Virus record (IMG/VR): IMGVR_UViG_3300027708_000001
Strand: one strand, 5' to 3'
Origin: an uncultured virus (IMG/VR IMGVR_UViG_3300027708_000001)
Lineage: Duplodnaviria > Heunggongvirae > Uroviricota > Caudoviricetes
Length of the DNA stretch: 64,000 nt
Shown: positions 46,901 through 55,985 of the stretch, piece after piece
How positions within the stretch are numbered: position 1 is the stretch's first letter
Layout: each line of letters begins with the position of its first letter
Notes under the pieces: model-generated
What the model saw: only the letters and a program-made list of their open reading frames with translations
Databases searched by the model: none
What the model was told of the DNA's origin: nothing
Made by a program: the position numbers and the translations under genes

Positions 46901-47732
46901 AGAACGCACTCTGTTGATCACTTGAATCGGCAGAAGTAATAGACTCTATGGGGGAATAAAATACTCCTAAATATACAGTAGCAGCATCTGCGTTAGTAAT
47001 ACCCTCAGTATCACTAGCAGCGAACTGCGCTGTGGCAGTCTCAGTTTCAGCAACCCCTGTATTTTCAGTTTGGTTAGTAGCGAATTGCGCACCGATAGCT
47101 TCGGTTTCAGCAACCCCTGTATCTTCAGTCTGGCTAGCAGCGAACTGCGCCGAAATAGATTCGGTTTCAGCAACCCCTGTATTTTCAGTTTGACTCTCTA
47201 GGAAACTCGATACTGTAGTGTAGGAGTCATTAGCAGCAACATTCTCAGTATCAGACACCGCGAACAACGCAGCGATAACAATTACATCAGCAGGTTGAGA
47301 ATCCTCAGTAAGCGCTTGATTAAAGACACTAGACTGTGTGCTGAAATCAGCTTGCTGCGAATCTTCAGTAATTGACTGCCCGAATGTGCTTGATTGTGCA
47401 CTGGAGTCAGTAGAGTTTAACCCTTCAACTATACCTTCAAAGAAGTTATCTTGTTCACTATCAACACTAAGCAGCGCACTGATAGCTTCAACTAAGTTTG
47501 AAGTGAAGGTCGATTGTTGGGAGTTTGCATCAGTAACCGCAAACGATTCGACCTGTGTAACCCCTACGCTAACCGCGTATGAGTCTGCAGAAGATAAAGA
47601 TTCAGTAAGAGTAGCACTTAACCCAACAGTGGAGGAATCTGTGGGCTGTAAATCTTCGGTGATAGTTACCTGATAGGCATTCCCTGAAAGGGCGGCAATT
47701 GGCGACTGTGCAAATGACCCCCCAGCGAACAT
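43959..47732 (-). CDS. Very acidic 20-aa-repeat structural protein
   Basis: 1257 aa; repeats such as FAVSDTEGITSADLETINAQ; N-terminal MFAGGSFAQ.P and C-terminal W..I repeats. Confidence 0.75.
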   Translation of the reverse strand: MFAGGSFAQSPIAALSGNAYQVTITEDLQPTDSSTVGLSATLTESLSSADSYAVSVGVTQVESFAVTDANSQQSTFTSNLVEAISALLSVDSEQDNFFEGIVEGLNSTDSSAQSSTFGQSITEDSQQADFSTQSSVFNQALTEDSQPADVIVIAALFAVSDTENVAANDSYTTVSSFLESQTENTGVAETESISAQFAASQTEDTGVAETEAIGAQFATNQTENTGVAETETATAQFAASDTEGITNADAATVYLGVFYSPIESITSADSSDQQSAFLESRTEDTGVANYDSEQDVFFEGIIEGISAIADTPSNTSALLNTITETTTATDQSTQQSSFLESQTESASAADAISINAQYPVTITEDSQVTDVTTSTAQFAAAIAEAVNVLDLIATGSIVYVFTPVEDLAPADSTTTVTQYSLTHTEAALVSEVIAGGLSTAYSITEGFSTTYLVPIVVDPTNAAYSVYYYGAPVFAGGEDGAIIYVPGEPSTITAQFAASDTEGIVSADSETIAAQFAATVAEDSGLLDTSAQQSAFLESQTESTALADTEIANANFALTDTENLNSADSSLIGTQFVLTDIEGITSNDLNTQQSTFLQTLAEGVTSSNFDSELDAFFEGMVEGIGASDIESTLTQFSVSDTEGIASNDLSTQQSTFLESQTEPTAVAETETILAQFTVSDTEGITSADLETINAQFAASDTEGLSVSETESITANFPLTDTEGITSADLETISAAFAVSDTEGITSADLETINAQFAVSDTEGISVDEAESISANFPLTDTEGITSADLETINAQFTSTVVEYSQLADAEVIGAAFAVSDTEGITSDDLSTQQSAFLESQTESTALTETETISAQFSAAQTENTNPTDVDLISAQFASAITEAAYSDDSSTQQSAFLESRTESTALAETETILAQFAVSDTEGITSTDSSAQQSAFLESLNEDSAVADVEGIKAQFAVSDTEDVGVSETESIAAQFAASIAEDSQPTDSSTQQSDFLEIQYESVAITNYDSEQDIFFMGVSEGISQADLSTQISHFFNSQTEDINLVDLATIGVGFFLTDVEGISAADVISISSQFAVSDIEGIISGDLSVTNSQFTANPIEDVGYADVAAAQARFNISITEGISVADIEVLLAQFVQSIIESSASADISSVAYVYAISIVENFTAKEVGTQFSLIAFDITESTSVSNVIATISVLATSISEGLTAGDNGCVFGWVKINDDQTATWGAIDPSQTQTWTTVDNTSAASWSIINNDQTC

Positions 47733-47751
47733 ACTTCACCCTTATAAAAGC

Positions 47752-47769
47752 TGAGGCCCGAAGGCCTCA
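47752..47769 (-). terminator. Hairpin with UUCG tetraloop, probable terminator
   Basis: Minus strand TGAGGCC-TTCG-GGCCTCA followed by GCTTTT. Confidence 0.6.
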
Positions 47770-47780
47770 TGACGTACTTA

Positions 47781-47951
47781 TTATGCTACAGGAGCAGGTG
47801 CGGGCGCTACCTCTTGGGCAGGAGCCTTAGTTTCTTGTTCAAGCTTGCTCTGTAGTTTCATGTATAGGCTCCAAGCCCCGGATTCGGTAGGCAATTTACC
47901 TAAAGTTGCTGCAATTGCTTGTACTTCTTGAATGTCTAATTCTAAATTCAT
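47781..47951 (-). CDS. Small protein after chaperone-bearing fibre (56 aa, not in ORF track)
   Basis: AGGAG RBS; MNLELDIQEVQAIAATLGKLP... Confidence 0.65.
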   Translation of the reverse strand: MNLELDIQEVQAIAATLGKLPTESGAWSLYMKLQSKLEQETKAPAQEVAPAPAPVA

Positions 47952-47988
47952 GTAACTCTCCTTGTTCGGACTACAGTAGGGTGCCCGA

Positions 47989-50900
47989 TTACCCTTTATT
48001 TAACTGCTGTTTGAGTAATCTTACTTCCGCTTCAAGTTCTTGTACAGCTTTAACAAGGTACGGAACTAAGTTTTGATTGATGGATAACATCCCATCTTCG
48101 CTTTCAGCGACTTGCTCAGGTAACACTTCTTGGTACTCTTGAGCAATAAAACCAAAATCATGGCGGTCATCTTTAATGTAATCAAACTCTACTGGGCGTA
48201 GGGCAGTGATAACAGACAATCCGTTCTCTAAGGATACAACATTTTTCTTAATACGGATATCGGAAGTTACTGACCAAGAACCTGAGTTATTCTTTTGGTA
48301 CCACCCGTTTGCACCTGTTGTTTGGTAGTACGCACCGACTGTACCATTACCATCAGAAAATACTATCCAATATGATCCCGACCCACTAATAGGCGCTGCT
48401 GCTCCTGAATATGCTCCAATAACCGTATTATATGACCCGGTTATAGAAAATCCTGCGTTGATAGCACCAACTGCTGTGTTATAGTTACCAGCGGTATTCA
48501 TATTTAACGCGTTAGCACCTACTGCTGTGTTATAGGTACCAGTAGTAGTAGAAGATAACGCGCCACTACCAACTGCTGTATTTTGCCCCGTAGTAGCATT
48601 ACTTAATGCAGCAAAACCGATTGCTACACCGCTACCAGTAGTATTTTTATTTAATGCTTGATAGCCAACTGCTACGCTATAATTACCACTAGTATTAGAA
48701 TATAACGATTGGTAACCAACTGCTATGTTGGAACTACCGACATTATTAAGATATAACGATTGATACCCCACTGCTACGTTGTTATTACCAGTAGTATTGG
48801 AATATAACGCTGCCTGTCCAAATGCTGAATTATACATCCCAGTAGATGTTCCGGAAGCACCGAAAAGTGCGTTATACCCAAAAGCATCATTCAAACCACC
48901 TGTTTGATAAAAGGCAGCATTGTACCCCACTGCGGTGGAGGTAGAGCCAGTAGTATTAGAGATTAATGATCGCTGCCCCACTGCTACGTTGTTATTACCA
49001 GTAGTATTATTCCTTAATGCTTGTTGCCCAAATGCGGAGTTACCAGTTCCAGTAGCTCCGGCACCGCCATAAAGTGCGTTACCCCCAAAAGCATCGTTGG
49101 TACCGCCTGTTAGATTCGTAGCAGCGCCATACCCCACTACGGTAGAGTTATAAGCAGTAGTATTATTATATAGTGCGTTCAGTCCTATCGCTACGTTACT
49201 ACCACCAGTAGTATTAGCATATAACGCTTGATACCCAATTGCTACGTTGAAGCTACAACTAGTACTAGAATATGCCGCGCTACCACCCACCGCAACATTG
49301 GTAGAACCACTAGTCATAGCTTGTGATGCTTGATACCCCACTGCTACGTTGTTAGATCCAGTTGTAAGACTTTTTAAAGATTGCTGCCCAAATGCAGCAT
49401 TATTTGTCCCTGTAGATGAGCCAGAAGCACCATAAAGTGCTTGATATCCAAAAGCATCATTCAAACCACCTGTTTGATTATAGGCAGCTTGAACCCCAAC
49501 TGCTGTGTTAGTACCGCCAGTAGTGTTAGAAAACAGCGACATATACCCAACTGCGGTGCTGTTATTCCCAGTAGTATTAGACATTAACGCTGTCTGTCCA
49601 ATTGCTGTATTTTGGTACCCAGTAGTATTATTTCTTAACGCGGTGCTACCAAATGCTGAGTTTTGTGTGCCCGTAGATGTGCCGGAAGCACCATATAGTG
49701 CTTGGGCCCCGAAAGCATCGTTGTACCCATATAGTTGATAATATGCAGCTTGATACCCAACTGCTGTCGCTTGGTTAGCACTAGTCTGAGAATATAATGA
49801 TTGATACCCCACTGCTACGTTTTGCACGCCCATAGTGTTAAAGTATAACGATTGCTGCCCCACTGCTATATTATAATTACCAGTAGTAAGAGAGTATAAC
49901 GCTGCCTGTCCAAATGCGGCATTATTTGTCCCTGTAGATGAGCCAGAAGTACCTAGAAGTGCGTTATACCCGAAAGCATCGTTGTTACCACCTGTTTGGT
50001 ACTGGGCAGCTTGATGCCCAACTGCGGTGTTGTTATTGTTAGTAGTAAGAGAGAATAACGTTTGTTGCCCAATTGCTATGTTGAAATTACCACTAGTATT
50101 AAAGTATAACGATTGAGGCCCAACTGCTACGTTACTGCCACCAGAAGTATTACTTTTTAATGCGGCGTACCCAAATGCTACGTTAGTATAACCAGTAGTA
50201 AGAGAGAATAACGCTGCCTGTCCAAATGCGGCATTATACTGCCCAGTAGATGTTCCAGAAGCACCGGAAAGTGCGTTAGACCCGAAAGCATCATTATTAC
50301 CACCTGTTTGAAAAAAGGCAGCTTGATAACCAACCGCGGTGGAATAAGAGGCAGTAGTATTAAAATATAACGTTTGTTGCCCAATTGCTATGTTACTGCT
50401 ACCAGTAGTATTTTTATATAATGCTTGTTGCCCAAATGCGGAATTAAATGAGCCAGTAGATGCACCATAAGCGCCATATAGCGCTTTAACGCCAAAAGCA
50501 TCATTATTACTACTTGTTTGAAAAGTGGCAGCTTGATAACCAACCGCGGTGGAATTAGAGGTATTAGTATTATAAAATAGTGCGTTGTACCCAACTGCTA
50601 CATTGTTAACACCAGTAGTATTAGAATACAGCGATTGTTGCCCTATTGCTACGTTTCCAGATCCAGTTGTAAGAGCGTATAGCGCTGATTGTCCAAATGC
50701 AGAATTATATCCACCAGTAGATCCGGAAGCCCCATAAAGTGCTTGATATCCAAAAGCATCGTTGGTACCGCCTGTTAGATTCGTAGCAGCGCCATACCCC
50801 ACTGCGGTGGAATTAGAGGCAGTAGTATTACTTTTTAATGTTTGATATCCAACTGCTGTGGAATTAGAACCAGTAGTATTAGAATACAGCGATTGGTACC

Positions 50901-51387
50901 CAACTGCAGTGGAATTAGAGCCAGCGATACTACTCGCTAATGCTTGGTATCCAAACACGGAGTTATTTGTGCCAACCCCAGTTCCAACAGTAAGACCGTG
51001 AATAGTCGCATCGTTAGTTACGGTAAGCCCTGCGGGGAGTGTTACGTTGTTGCTTATATCTGTATAAACAGCTTTTTCAGCCGGGTATGTACAAAACACA
51101 GTAAGTGTGTTTGTAGTGCTGAAACTAATTAGCGATGTGTTATTTGATGAGTTCGCAAGAACTGTAGTACGGCTTAAGGTATTGGGTGTACCCGCCGTGA
51201 CTGTACCTATACCTACTTCCCATTGGAATGCCAACGGATCATAAATACAGTAGTACGTAGTATTAGTAGAACCAACCGCGGTTATAAAAGACTTATATCC
51301 AGACGCAGCACCAGCAAGATTAACGGAGCCCGTACCCGTAGATACGGTCCCCGTTTCCTGAACACGATCAGCAACAACTAAAGCCAT
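47989..51387 (-). CDS. Long fibre/adhesin with YadA-like beta-roll repeats and C-terminal S74 intramolecular chaperone
   Basis: Many N(T/V)A(V/I/F)GYQ(A/S)LYSNTTG repeats; TSDIRIKKNV...LRPVEF...GFIAQE...LVKAVQEL. Confidence 0.85.
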   Translation of the reverse strand: MALVVADRVQETGTVSTGTGSVNLAGAASGYKSFITAVGSTNTTYYCIYDPLAFQWEVGIGTVTAGTPNTLSRTTVLANSSNNTSLISFSTTNTLTVFCTYPAEKAVYTDISNNVTLPAGLTVTNDATIHGLTVGTGVGTNNSVFGYQALASSIAGSNSTAVGYQSLYSNTTGSNSTAVGYQTLKSNTTASNSTAVGYGAATNLTGGTNDAFGYQALYGASGSTGGYNSAFGQSALYALTTGSGNVAIGQQSLYSNTTGVNNVAVGYNALFYNTNTSNSTAVGYQAATFQTSSNNDAFGVKALYGAYGASTGSFNSAFGQQALYKNTTGSSNIAIGQQTLYFNTTASYSTAVGYQAAFFQTGGNNDAFGSNALSGASGTSTGQYNAAFGQAALFSLTTGYTNVAFGYAALKSNTSGGSNVAVGPQSLYFNTSGNFNIAIGQQTLFSLTTNNNNTAVGHQAAQYQTGGNNDAFGYNALLGTSGSSTGTNNAAFGQAALYSLTTGNYNIAVGQQSLYFNTMGVQNVAVGYQSLYSQTSANQATAVGYQAAYYQLYGYNDAFGAQALYGASGTSTGTQNSAFGSTALRNNTTGYQNTAIGQTALMSNTTGNNSTAVGYMSLFSNTTGGTNTAVGVQAAYNQTGGLNDAFGYQALYGASGSSTGTNNAAFGQQSLKSLTTGSNNVAVGYQASQAMTSGSTNVAVGGSAAYSSTSCSFNVAIGYQALYANTTGGSNVAIGLNALYNNTTAYNSTVVGYGAATNLTGGTNDAFGGNALYGGAGATGTGNSAFGQQALRNNTTGNNNVAVGQRSLISNTTGSTSTAVGYNAAFYQTGGLNDAFGYNALFGASGTSTGMYNSAFGQAALYSNTTGNNNVAVGYQSLYLNNVGSSNIAVGYQSLYSNTSGNYSVAVGYQALNKNTTGSGVAIGFAALSNATTGQNTAVGSGALSSTTTGTYNTAVGANALNMNTAGNYNTAVGAINAGFSITGSYNTVIGAYSGAAAPISGSGSYWIVFSDGNGTVGAYYQTTGANGWYQKNNSGSWSVTSDIRIKKNVVSLENGLSVITALRPVEFDYIKDDRHDFGFIAQEYQEVLPEQVAESEDGMLSINQNLVPYLVKAVQELEAEVRLLKQQLNKG

Positions 51388-51400
51388 TTAAGGCTCCTTA

Positions 51401-52009
51401 TTAGGAAGTGGCAGTTGTGCTGTATGTTACGCTAACTGTGTCGCCAGCGGTAGTTGCTTTTGCTACTGTGAAGTTACCTTCGGAATATAAAGTACCTGTA
51501 GTAGAGTTCTGGGTGTTTACTGCGCCCGTGCCCAATACTAAGAAGCAGCCATATACCGTACCGCCCGCACCAGTGATGGTGTAGGTAACTGCAGTTGCAG
51601 TTGAAGAGGTTACGTTAGAAGGTGATGCACCTGTTGAAGATGATGCTGCAAACACTGCGGTACCACGAACAGCAGAACCACCTACGGTGTAGTTAATAAA
51701 CTCAGCAGAGTTAGTAGTAACTAACGTGGTTAAAGTATCTGTAGCAAGCGGGGTCAAGGTCTTGTTGGTCAAGCCCAAGAAAGGACCCGTAACCGAGTAG
51801 CTAGTACCACGCAATAAAGTATCTAACATCAACTGCTTACCAGCAGAAACAACCAGATTGGGGAACTCGTCTTCCCACTTTAGATTACCGCTAACATCAC
51901 GGCACTCTACTTTCCAATAGCCCTCAATACCCATACCTTCGGGGATCGATGCGTTTGCTTGCATGCTGACAACTGCGTTGTCGCCAAAATTTGAAAGTTC
52001 GTTTTGCAT
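51401..52009 (-). CDS. Structural protein (Thr/Ser/Gly-rich beta protein)
   Basis: G.LKW....NLVV..GK motif; in fibre cluster. Confidence 0.6.
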   Translation of the reverse strand: MQNELSNFGDNAVVSMQANASIPEGMGIEGYWKVECRDVSGNLKWEDEFPNLVVSAGKQLMLDTLLRGTSYSVTGPFLGLTNKTLTPLATDTLTTLVTTNSAEFINYTVGGSAVRGTAVFAASSSTGASPSNVTSSTATAVTYTITGAGGTVYGCFLVLGTGAVNTQNSTTGTLYSEGNFTVAKATTAGDTVSVTYSTTATS

Positions 52010-52025
52010 AATTTTTCCTTTAATT

Positions 52026-52047
52026 AAAAAGGGGGGAATGTCCCCCC
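52026..52047 (-). terminator. Rho-independent terminator
   Basis: Minus strand GGGGGGA-CAT-TCCCCCC followed by T5. Confidence 0.7.
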
Positions 52048-52054
52048 ATCTACA

Positions 52055-52699
52055 TTAAGCAGGGATTTCAGCCCAGATTAATGAATAGTCGATAGAAGCT
52101 GCAGCAAGAGTTGCAGACGAACCGAATGCTAGATATGTACCGGGAGCAACGATAATTGCACCTTTAATATCATCCACATACACTGAAGCGTTCAAACCAG
52201 CGGTGGTGGTTACGTTACCTACTGATACAGAAGGAGCAACAAGTGTAGAGGCCAAAGCTGCGGTGTTTGCAGTGTTGATCATGCAGTACGAAGTAGAACC
52301 CGTAGATGCTTGTGAATACATGTTACGAGCCTGAGTCTGTGTACCCGTTACAGCCACACCACCTTGGTTGACCTGCCAGAAAGCAAAATCCAGCGTACCA
52401 GCGGTAGTACCAGTGGTACGAATACCAACACGTGCTTGCAACAGCACGAGGTCAGTACCGGAGGTTGCGGGGTTGTAGATACCGAAAATTGGAGTACCAG
52501 CAGCACCACCAGTGAATGAAGTGGCGGTAGTGGTAGCGGCAGAAGCGATTGAGAAAATCTTACCTGCTTTCATGAGTGAATAATATACGGGGGCTAGTTC
52601 GGAAACATATGCCTCACCAAAAGTACCACCGGGAATGTTAGGTGTACCAGCGGTTTGACGTGCTGAAGGCAGTGAGCCTACTTGGGATTGGATAATCAT
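52055..52699 (-). CDS. Structural/decoration protein
   Basis: 214 aa beta-rich; YNPATSG, ends WAEIP. Confidence 0.6.
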   Translation of the reverse strand: MIIQSQVGSLPSARQTAGTPNIPGGTFGEAYVSELAPVYYSLMKAGKIFSIASAATTTATSFTGGAAGTPIFGIYNPATSGTDLVLLQARVGIRTTGTTAGTLDFAFWQVNQGGVAVTGTQTQARNMYSQASTGSTSYCMINTANTAALASTLVAPSVSVGNVTTTAGLNASVYVDDIKGAIIVAPGTYLAFGSSATLAAASIDYSLIWAEIPA

Positions 52700-52707
52700 A
52701 GAAACTC

Positions 52708-54516
52708 CTAATTGGTCATATTGCTAAAAGTTGAAGCTGGGTTGAGATAATCCGCTAACATACTATCAGGCTCGTCAGCGGAAGAACGGAAGCCATCTCT
52801 CAGTTGCCCTTCGTATGTGTAGTGTGTCAGCACGCGAAGAGTTCCTAAAATTTGAGTCAATAATTCTTCAATAGACTGTTGGGCAGGTGAGCTTGGCACT
52901 CCTTTAACAAGTGGCGCTCCAAATGGATCAGTCTGAATTCTTCTCGCAGTGTTGGCTTGGTCAACCCCACCCATCATAACGGGGTTAACTGTTGATAGTG
53001 TAGCAGTGATTGGGTTGATCGAAGAGGTATGCCCTGAATAGGTAACGTTATACGCACCGACCTGATAGCCTTGTGGTAGCTGACCCACCACCTGCGAGTT
53101 ACCGTTTGTATCCGTCTGGATACGGCGAACTAAACCGTTATAGTCTGTACCTGCAACTAAGTTAGGGTTTGTAGCTGGGGCAGCACCTACCGCTGTACCG
53201 CCCTGCGTATTGGCGGTGACTGTACCACTTGAAATAACTACTGAAGGTAACCCAAATGAAGCATAGCTTGCGAATGGTGTTTGGCGTAAGTAGACAATAA
53301 GTGATGTCGCAGTAGCCGCTTGGAAACGCATGTAGCGTGCAGCAACAGGGAACGCGTAGACAGCCGATGCAGTAGCTGCGGTAGCACTAGCATATGCGGT
53401 AGCAGTAGCTGTCATCTGGATGCCCAGAACCGCTGTAAAGTTCACACCGTCATTTGATTGTGTAACCGTAATTGCAACTGCAGCCGACTGCTGGAATACA
53501 ACCGACTGATACCCAGTAGTATCAATCATCTGAGGGACGTTCACGCCCAAGTAAAGAGTTGCACTAGGGGGAGCATCAGAAGGTATCTGTGCGTTATTAA
53601 CGTCAACCTTTGGTGCATTTAATGTGCGAGTGTTAAACGCAATGCCTGTTCCGTCCGATACAACTTGCTCAAGAATATTAACCCCGGCGAAGTCACCTGA
53701 TTCATCACCAGTAATTGATACTTTGATCGGGTTATCCGTAGATTGAGCGGCAGCAAGTATGGAATCCGTAACCGATAAGTTTGTATTAGAAACCGCAACA
53801 GTATTGACTGGGTTAGCAACCGTAACAGGGCCAGTGATACCCACAGACGTAACGGGGTTAGCAACCGTAACAGGGCCAGTGATACCCACAGACGTAACGG
53901 GGTTAGCAACTGTTACTGTATTGACTGGGTTAGAAACTGTGACCTGAAGTGGGGATTGATCCGAAGCTAATACAACAGGAATACTGTTTGCAGATGCGGT
54001 CTGGCCTAATGAAAGGGGTGCCCCATTAATCTCATTGATTGCTGTAGCTGTGTTTCCAAGGCTAGTGGAAACCGGAATAACCCCATATGCAGTATGAATC
54101 GCTAATGCTGTAGTAGCAGTGGTACCAGTATTAGTAAACGATAAATTAAAATAATTACCGTTACCGGAAAACGATCTATTAAACCCTTGACCCGCAGTGA
54201 GGGTGTACACCCATGAGGTTGTCTTTTGTGTTCCTGCGGCGTCAATATATTGATTGATGATCAATGTACCACTTTGATCATTAGATATTAGAATAGAGAT
54301 ACTCTGGTAATAGTAAATATTCTCTATCGCCCCGTTAAATGTCGCGTTGGGGTTAAGCTGTGCGGATGTTGTGTTACCCGTAGATACTTCAAAATCTGTA
54401 GCAACTATAGAAGTCGCTAGACCTGTTTGCGTGCCAGTATTAGCAAGAGTAGTTACATTATTCCCGTTACTATCTTGTATAGTGCTAACGTTTGGTATTT
54501 GCCCAATATATGCCAT
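52708..54516 (-). CDS. Structural fibre-like protein with 15-aa tandem repeat
   Basis: 602 aa; GQ..SANSIPVVLASDQ; VTVANPVTSVGITGP repeated (45-bp repeat about 53810-53910). Confidence 0.65.
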   Translation of the reverse strand: MAYIGQIPNVSTIQDSNGNNVTTLANTGTQTGLATSIVATDFEVSTGNTTSAQLNPNATFNGAIENIYYYQSISILISNDQSGTLIINQYIDAAGTQKTTSWVYTLTAGQGFNRSFSGNGNYFNLSFTNTGTTATTALAIHTAYGVIPVSTSLGNTATAINEINGAPLSLGQTASANSIPVVLASDQSPLQVTVSNPVNTVTVANPVTSVGITGPVTVANPVTSVGITGPVTVANPVNTVAVSNTNLSVTDSILAAAQSTDNPIKVSITGDESGDFAGVNILEQVVSDGTGIAFNTRTLNAPKVDVNNAQIPSDAPPSATLYLGVNVPQMIDTTGYQSVVFQQSAAVAITVTQSNDGVNFTAVLGIQMTATATAYASATAATASAVYAFPVAARYMRFQAATATSLIVYLRQTPFASYASFGLPSVVISSGTVTANTQGGTAVGAAPATNPNLVAGTDYNGLVRRIQTDTNGNSQVVGQLPQGYQVGAYNVTYSGHTSSINPITATLSTVNPVMMGGVDQANTARRIQTDPFGAPLVKGVPSSPAQQSIEELLTQILGTLRVLTHYTYEGQLRDGFRSSADEPDSMLADYLNPASTFSNMTN

Positions 54517-54833
54517 TAACTCACCTCTACTACAGAGATTGTTACGTCAACTGCGTTGGATGAAGCAACGGAAACAGTATACCCATAAGGCACCACAACC
54601 TTGGAGGAATTCAGCATATCTAATGCTGTACCCTTCGCAATTGATACATTATAGGCTAAGCTAGTAGATGCACCTGAGTTGCTTAAAGTAGCCGTGACTG
54701 TCGCAGCGGAGTTAGTTGTGTTTGCGATTAACAGCCCAATAATAGTCGCTTGAACTCCTGACGTACTAGGGGTATACACCGCTGTAGATGCTGTTACGCC
54801 TGATGCTTGAGCTACTTTGTAGTTAATTGCCAT
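54516..54833 (-). CDS. Small structural beta protein
   Basis: 105 aa; VYTP...TIIGLLIAN...ends SVVEVS. Confidence 0.6.
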   Translation of the reverse strand: MAINYKVAQASGVTASTAVYTPSTSGVQATIIGLLIANTTNSAATVTATLSNSGASTSLAYNVSIAKGTALDMLNSSKVVVPYGYTVSVASSNAVDVTISVVEVS

Positions 54834-54834
54834 A

Positions 54835-55545
54835 TTAAGCGATCATCGAAAGTGCTAGCGCCACTTTAGCGGCAGACGTAGCGGAGTTTGACGGGCCAAA
54901 CGGGATATTTACATCATTGCCAGTATACGTAAAGTTTGCTGCCGCGGCAAAGCTTCCACCTGAATTATATTGGACTTGTGTATTTACCCCACTTGCAGAA
55001 GCTGTTTGTGCAACAGTCCATGTTGCAGTAACCCCATTAGAAGTTAATACGTAGTTCGCAGGGCCAATTGGAAGTGTAGTTAATGTATTAGCCGCTGATG
55101 CGACTACCATATCCCCAGCATTATATGTAGTAAGCCCAGTGCCGCCATATATAGGGCCGATAGGTGCAGCGTTCCATACTGCGGACTGTACTGTACCCAG
55201 AGCGCTGACGTTACCATTAACATCAAGATTTACTGCCTTTTCCGCAGGGTATGTACAGAAAACAGTAGCAGAATTACCTACTAAATTAACAGGAGTAGTA
55301 GTCCCAGATGAGTTTGCAATTACAGTTACCCGGGATATAGTGTTTGGAGACCCCGCAGTAACAACACCATAACCCACTTCCCATATCCCAGAAGTACGGT
55401 CATATACTGAATAGTAAGTATTATTCCCTGAACCAACTCCAGAAACAAATGTCTGGTACCCCGGAGAAGTTCCGTTGAGTGCAATAGCCCCAGTACCCGA
55501 TGTGGTTGTTGTTTCTTGGACTCGATCAGCGATTACAAAAGCCAT
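54835..55545 (-). CDS. Short fibre protein, N-terminal domain paralogous to 47989 gene
   Basis: MAFVIADRVQET...WEVG.G...VFCTYPAEKAV; GGTGLTTY. Confidence 0.7.
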   Translation of the reverse strand: MAFVIADRVQETTTTSGTGAIALNGTSPGYQTFVSGVGSGNNTYYSVYDRTSGIWEVGYGVVTAGSPNTISRVTVIANSSGTTTPVNLVGNSATVFCTYPAEKAVNLDVNGNVSALGTVQSAVWNAAPIGPIYGGTGLTTYNAGDMVVASAANTLTTLPIGPANYVLTSNGVTATWTVAQTASASGVNTQVQYNSGGSFAAAANFTYTGNDVNIPFGPSNSATSAAKVALALSMIA

Positions 55546-55556
55546 ATAAGGTTCCT

Positions 55557-55985
55557 TTAGCTCAATCGAAGTATGGCGTTCAACGAATCATTTGTTGGGA
55601 ATGTAACCGTGAAGGTCGTTGAGCAGGTCTTATCTGATCCGAAATCTAGCACGCAGACTGAAGCATTAGTGGTGCTATTGTAGATGAGTGCACCCCTGCA
55701 AGTAAATGCCGCGGGGTTCCATATAACAGGGTTAAACGACACATACACAATATTACCTGTAGCATCGATGGCGGGGGGTATAGCTGTTAGTACCGCCCCA
55801 CCCGCTGTGTATCCTGTACCAGAAACTTCATTAATAGGTGTATAAGTAGCCGTTGTGTTGTCTAAAGTAGCTGCACCCGTATATAGCGCGATCTTATATA
55901 CATAGGGCGTGCCTATAGTGAAGTTAACTAGCCCAGATAGACAGTTTTGCTTAAACGCTGCGGTTTGTCCTTGCCTAATCGTCAT
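55557..55985 (-). CDS. Conserved virion structural protein
   Basis: KIALYT, EVSGTGYTAGG, RGALIYN, VLDFGSDK. Confidence 0.65.
   Translation of the reverse strand: MTIRQGQTAAFKQNCLSGLVNFTIGTPYVYKIALYTGAATLDNTTATYTPINEVSGTGYTAGGAVLTAIPPAIDATGNIVYVSFNPVIWNPAAFTCRGALIYNSTTNASVCVLDFGSDKTCSTTFTVTFPTNDSLNAILRLS

Noticed and set aside
26308..47673. Many plus-strand ORFs opposite the late genes (e.g. 29918-30601, 45241-45960)
   Set aside because: Antisense shadows of long low-complexity minus-strand genes; no RBS or recognisable motifs.
41828..51387. Diversity-generating retroelement acting on fibre genes
   Set aside because: No reverse transcriptase and no TR/VR pair with adenine-specific differences seen; repeats are in-frame protein repeats.
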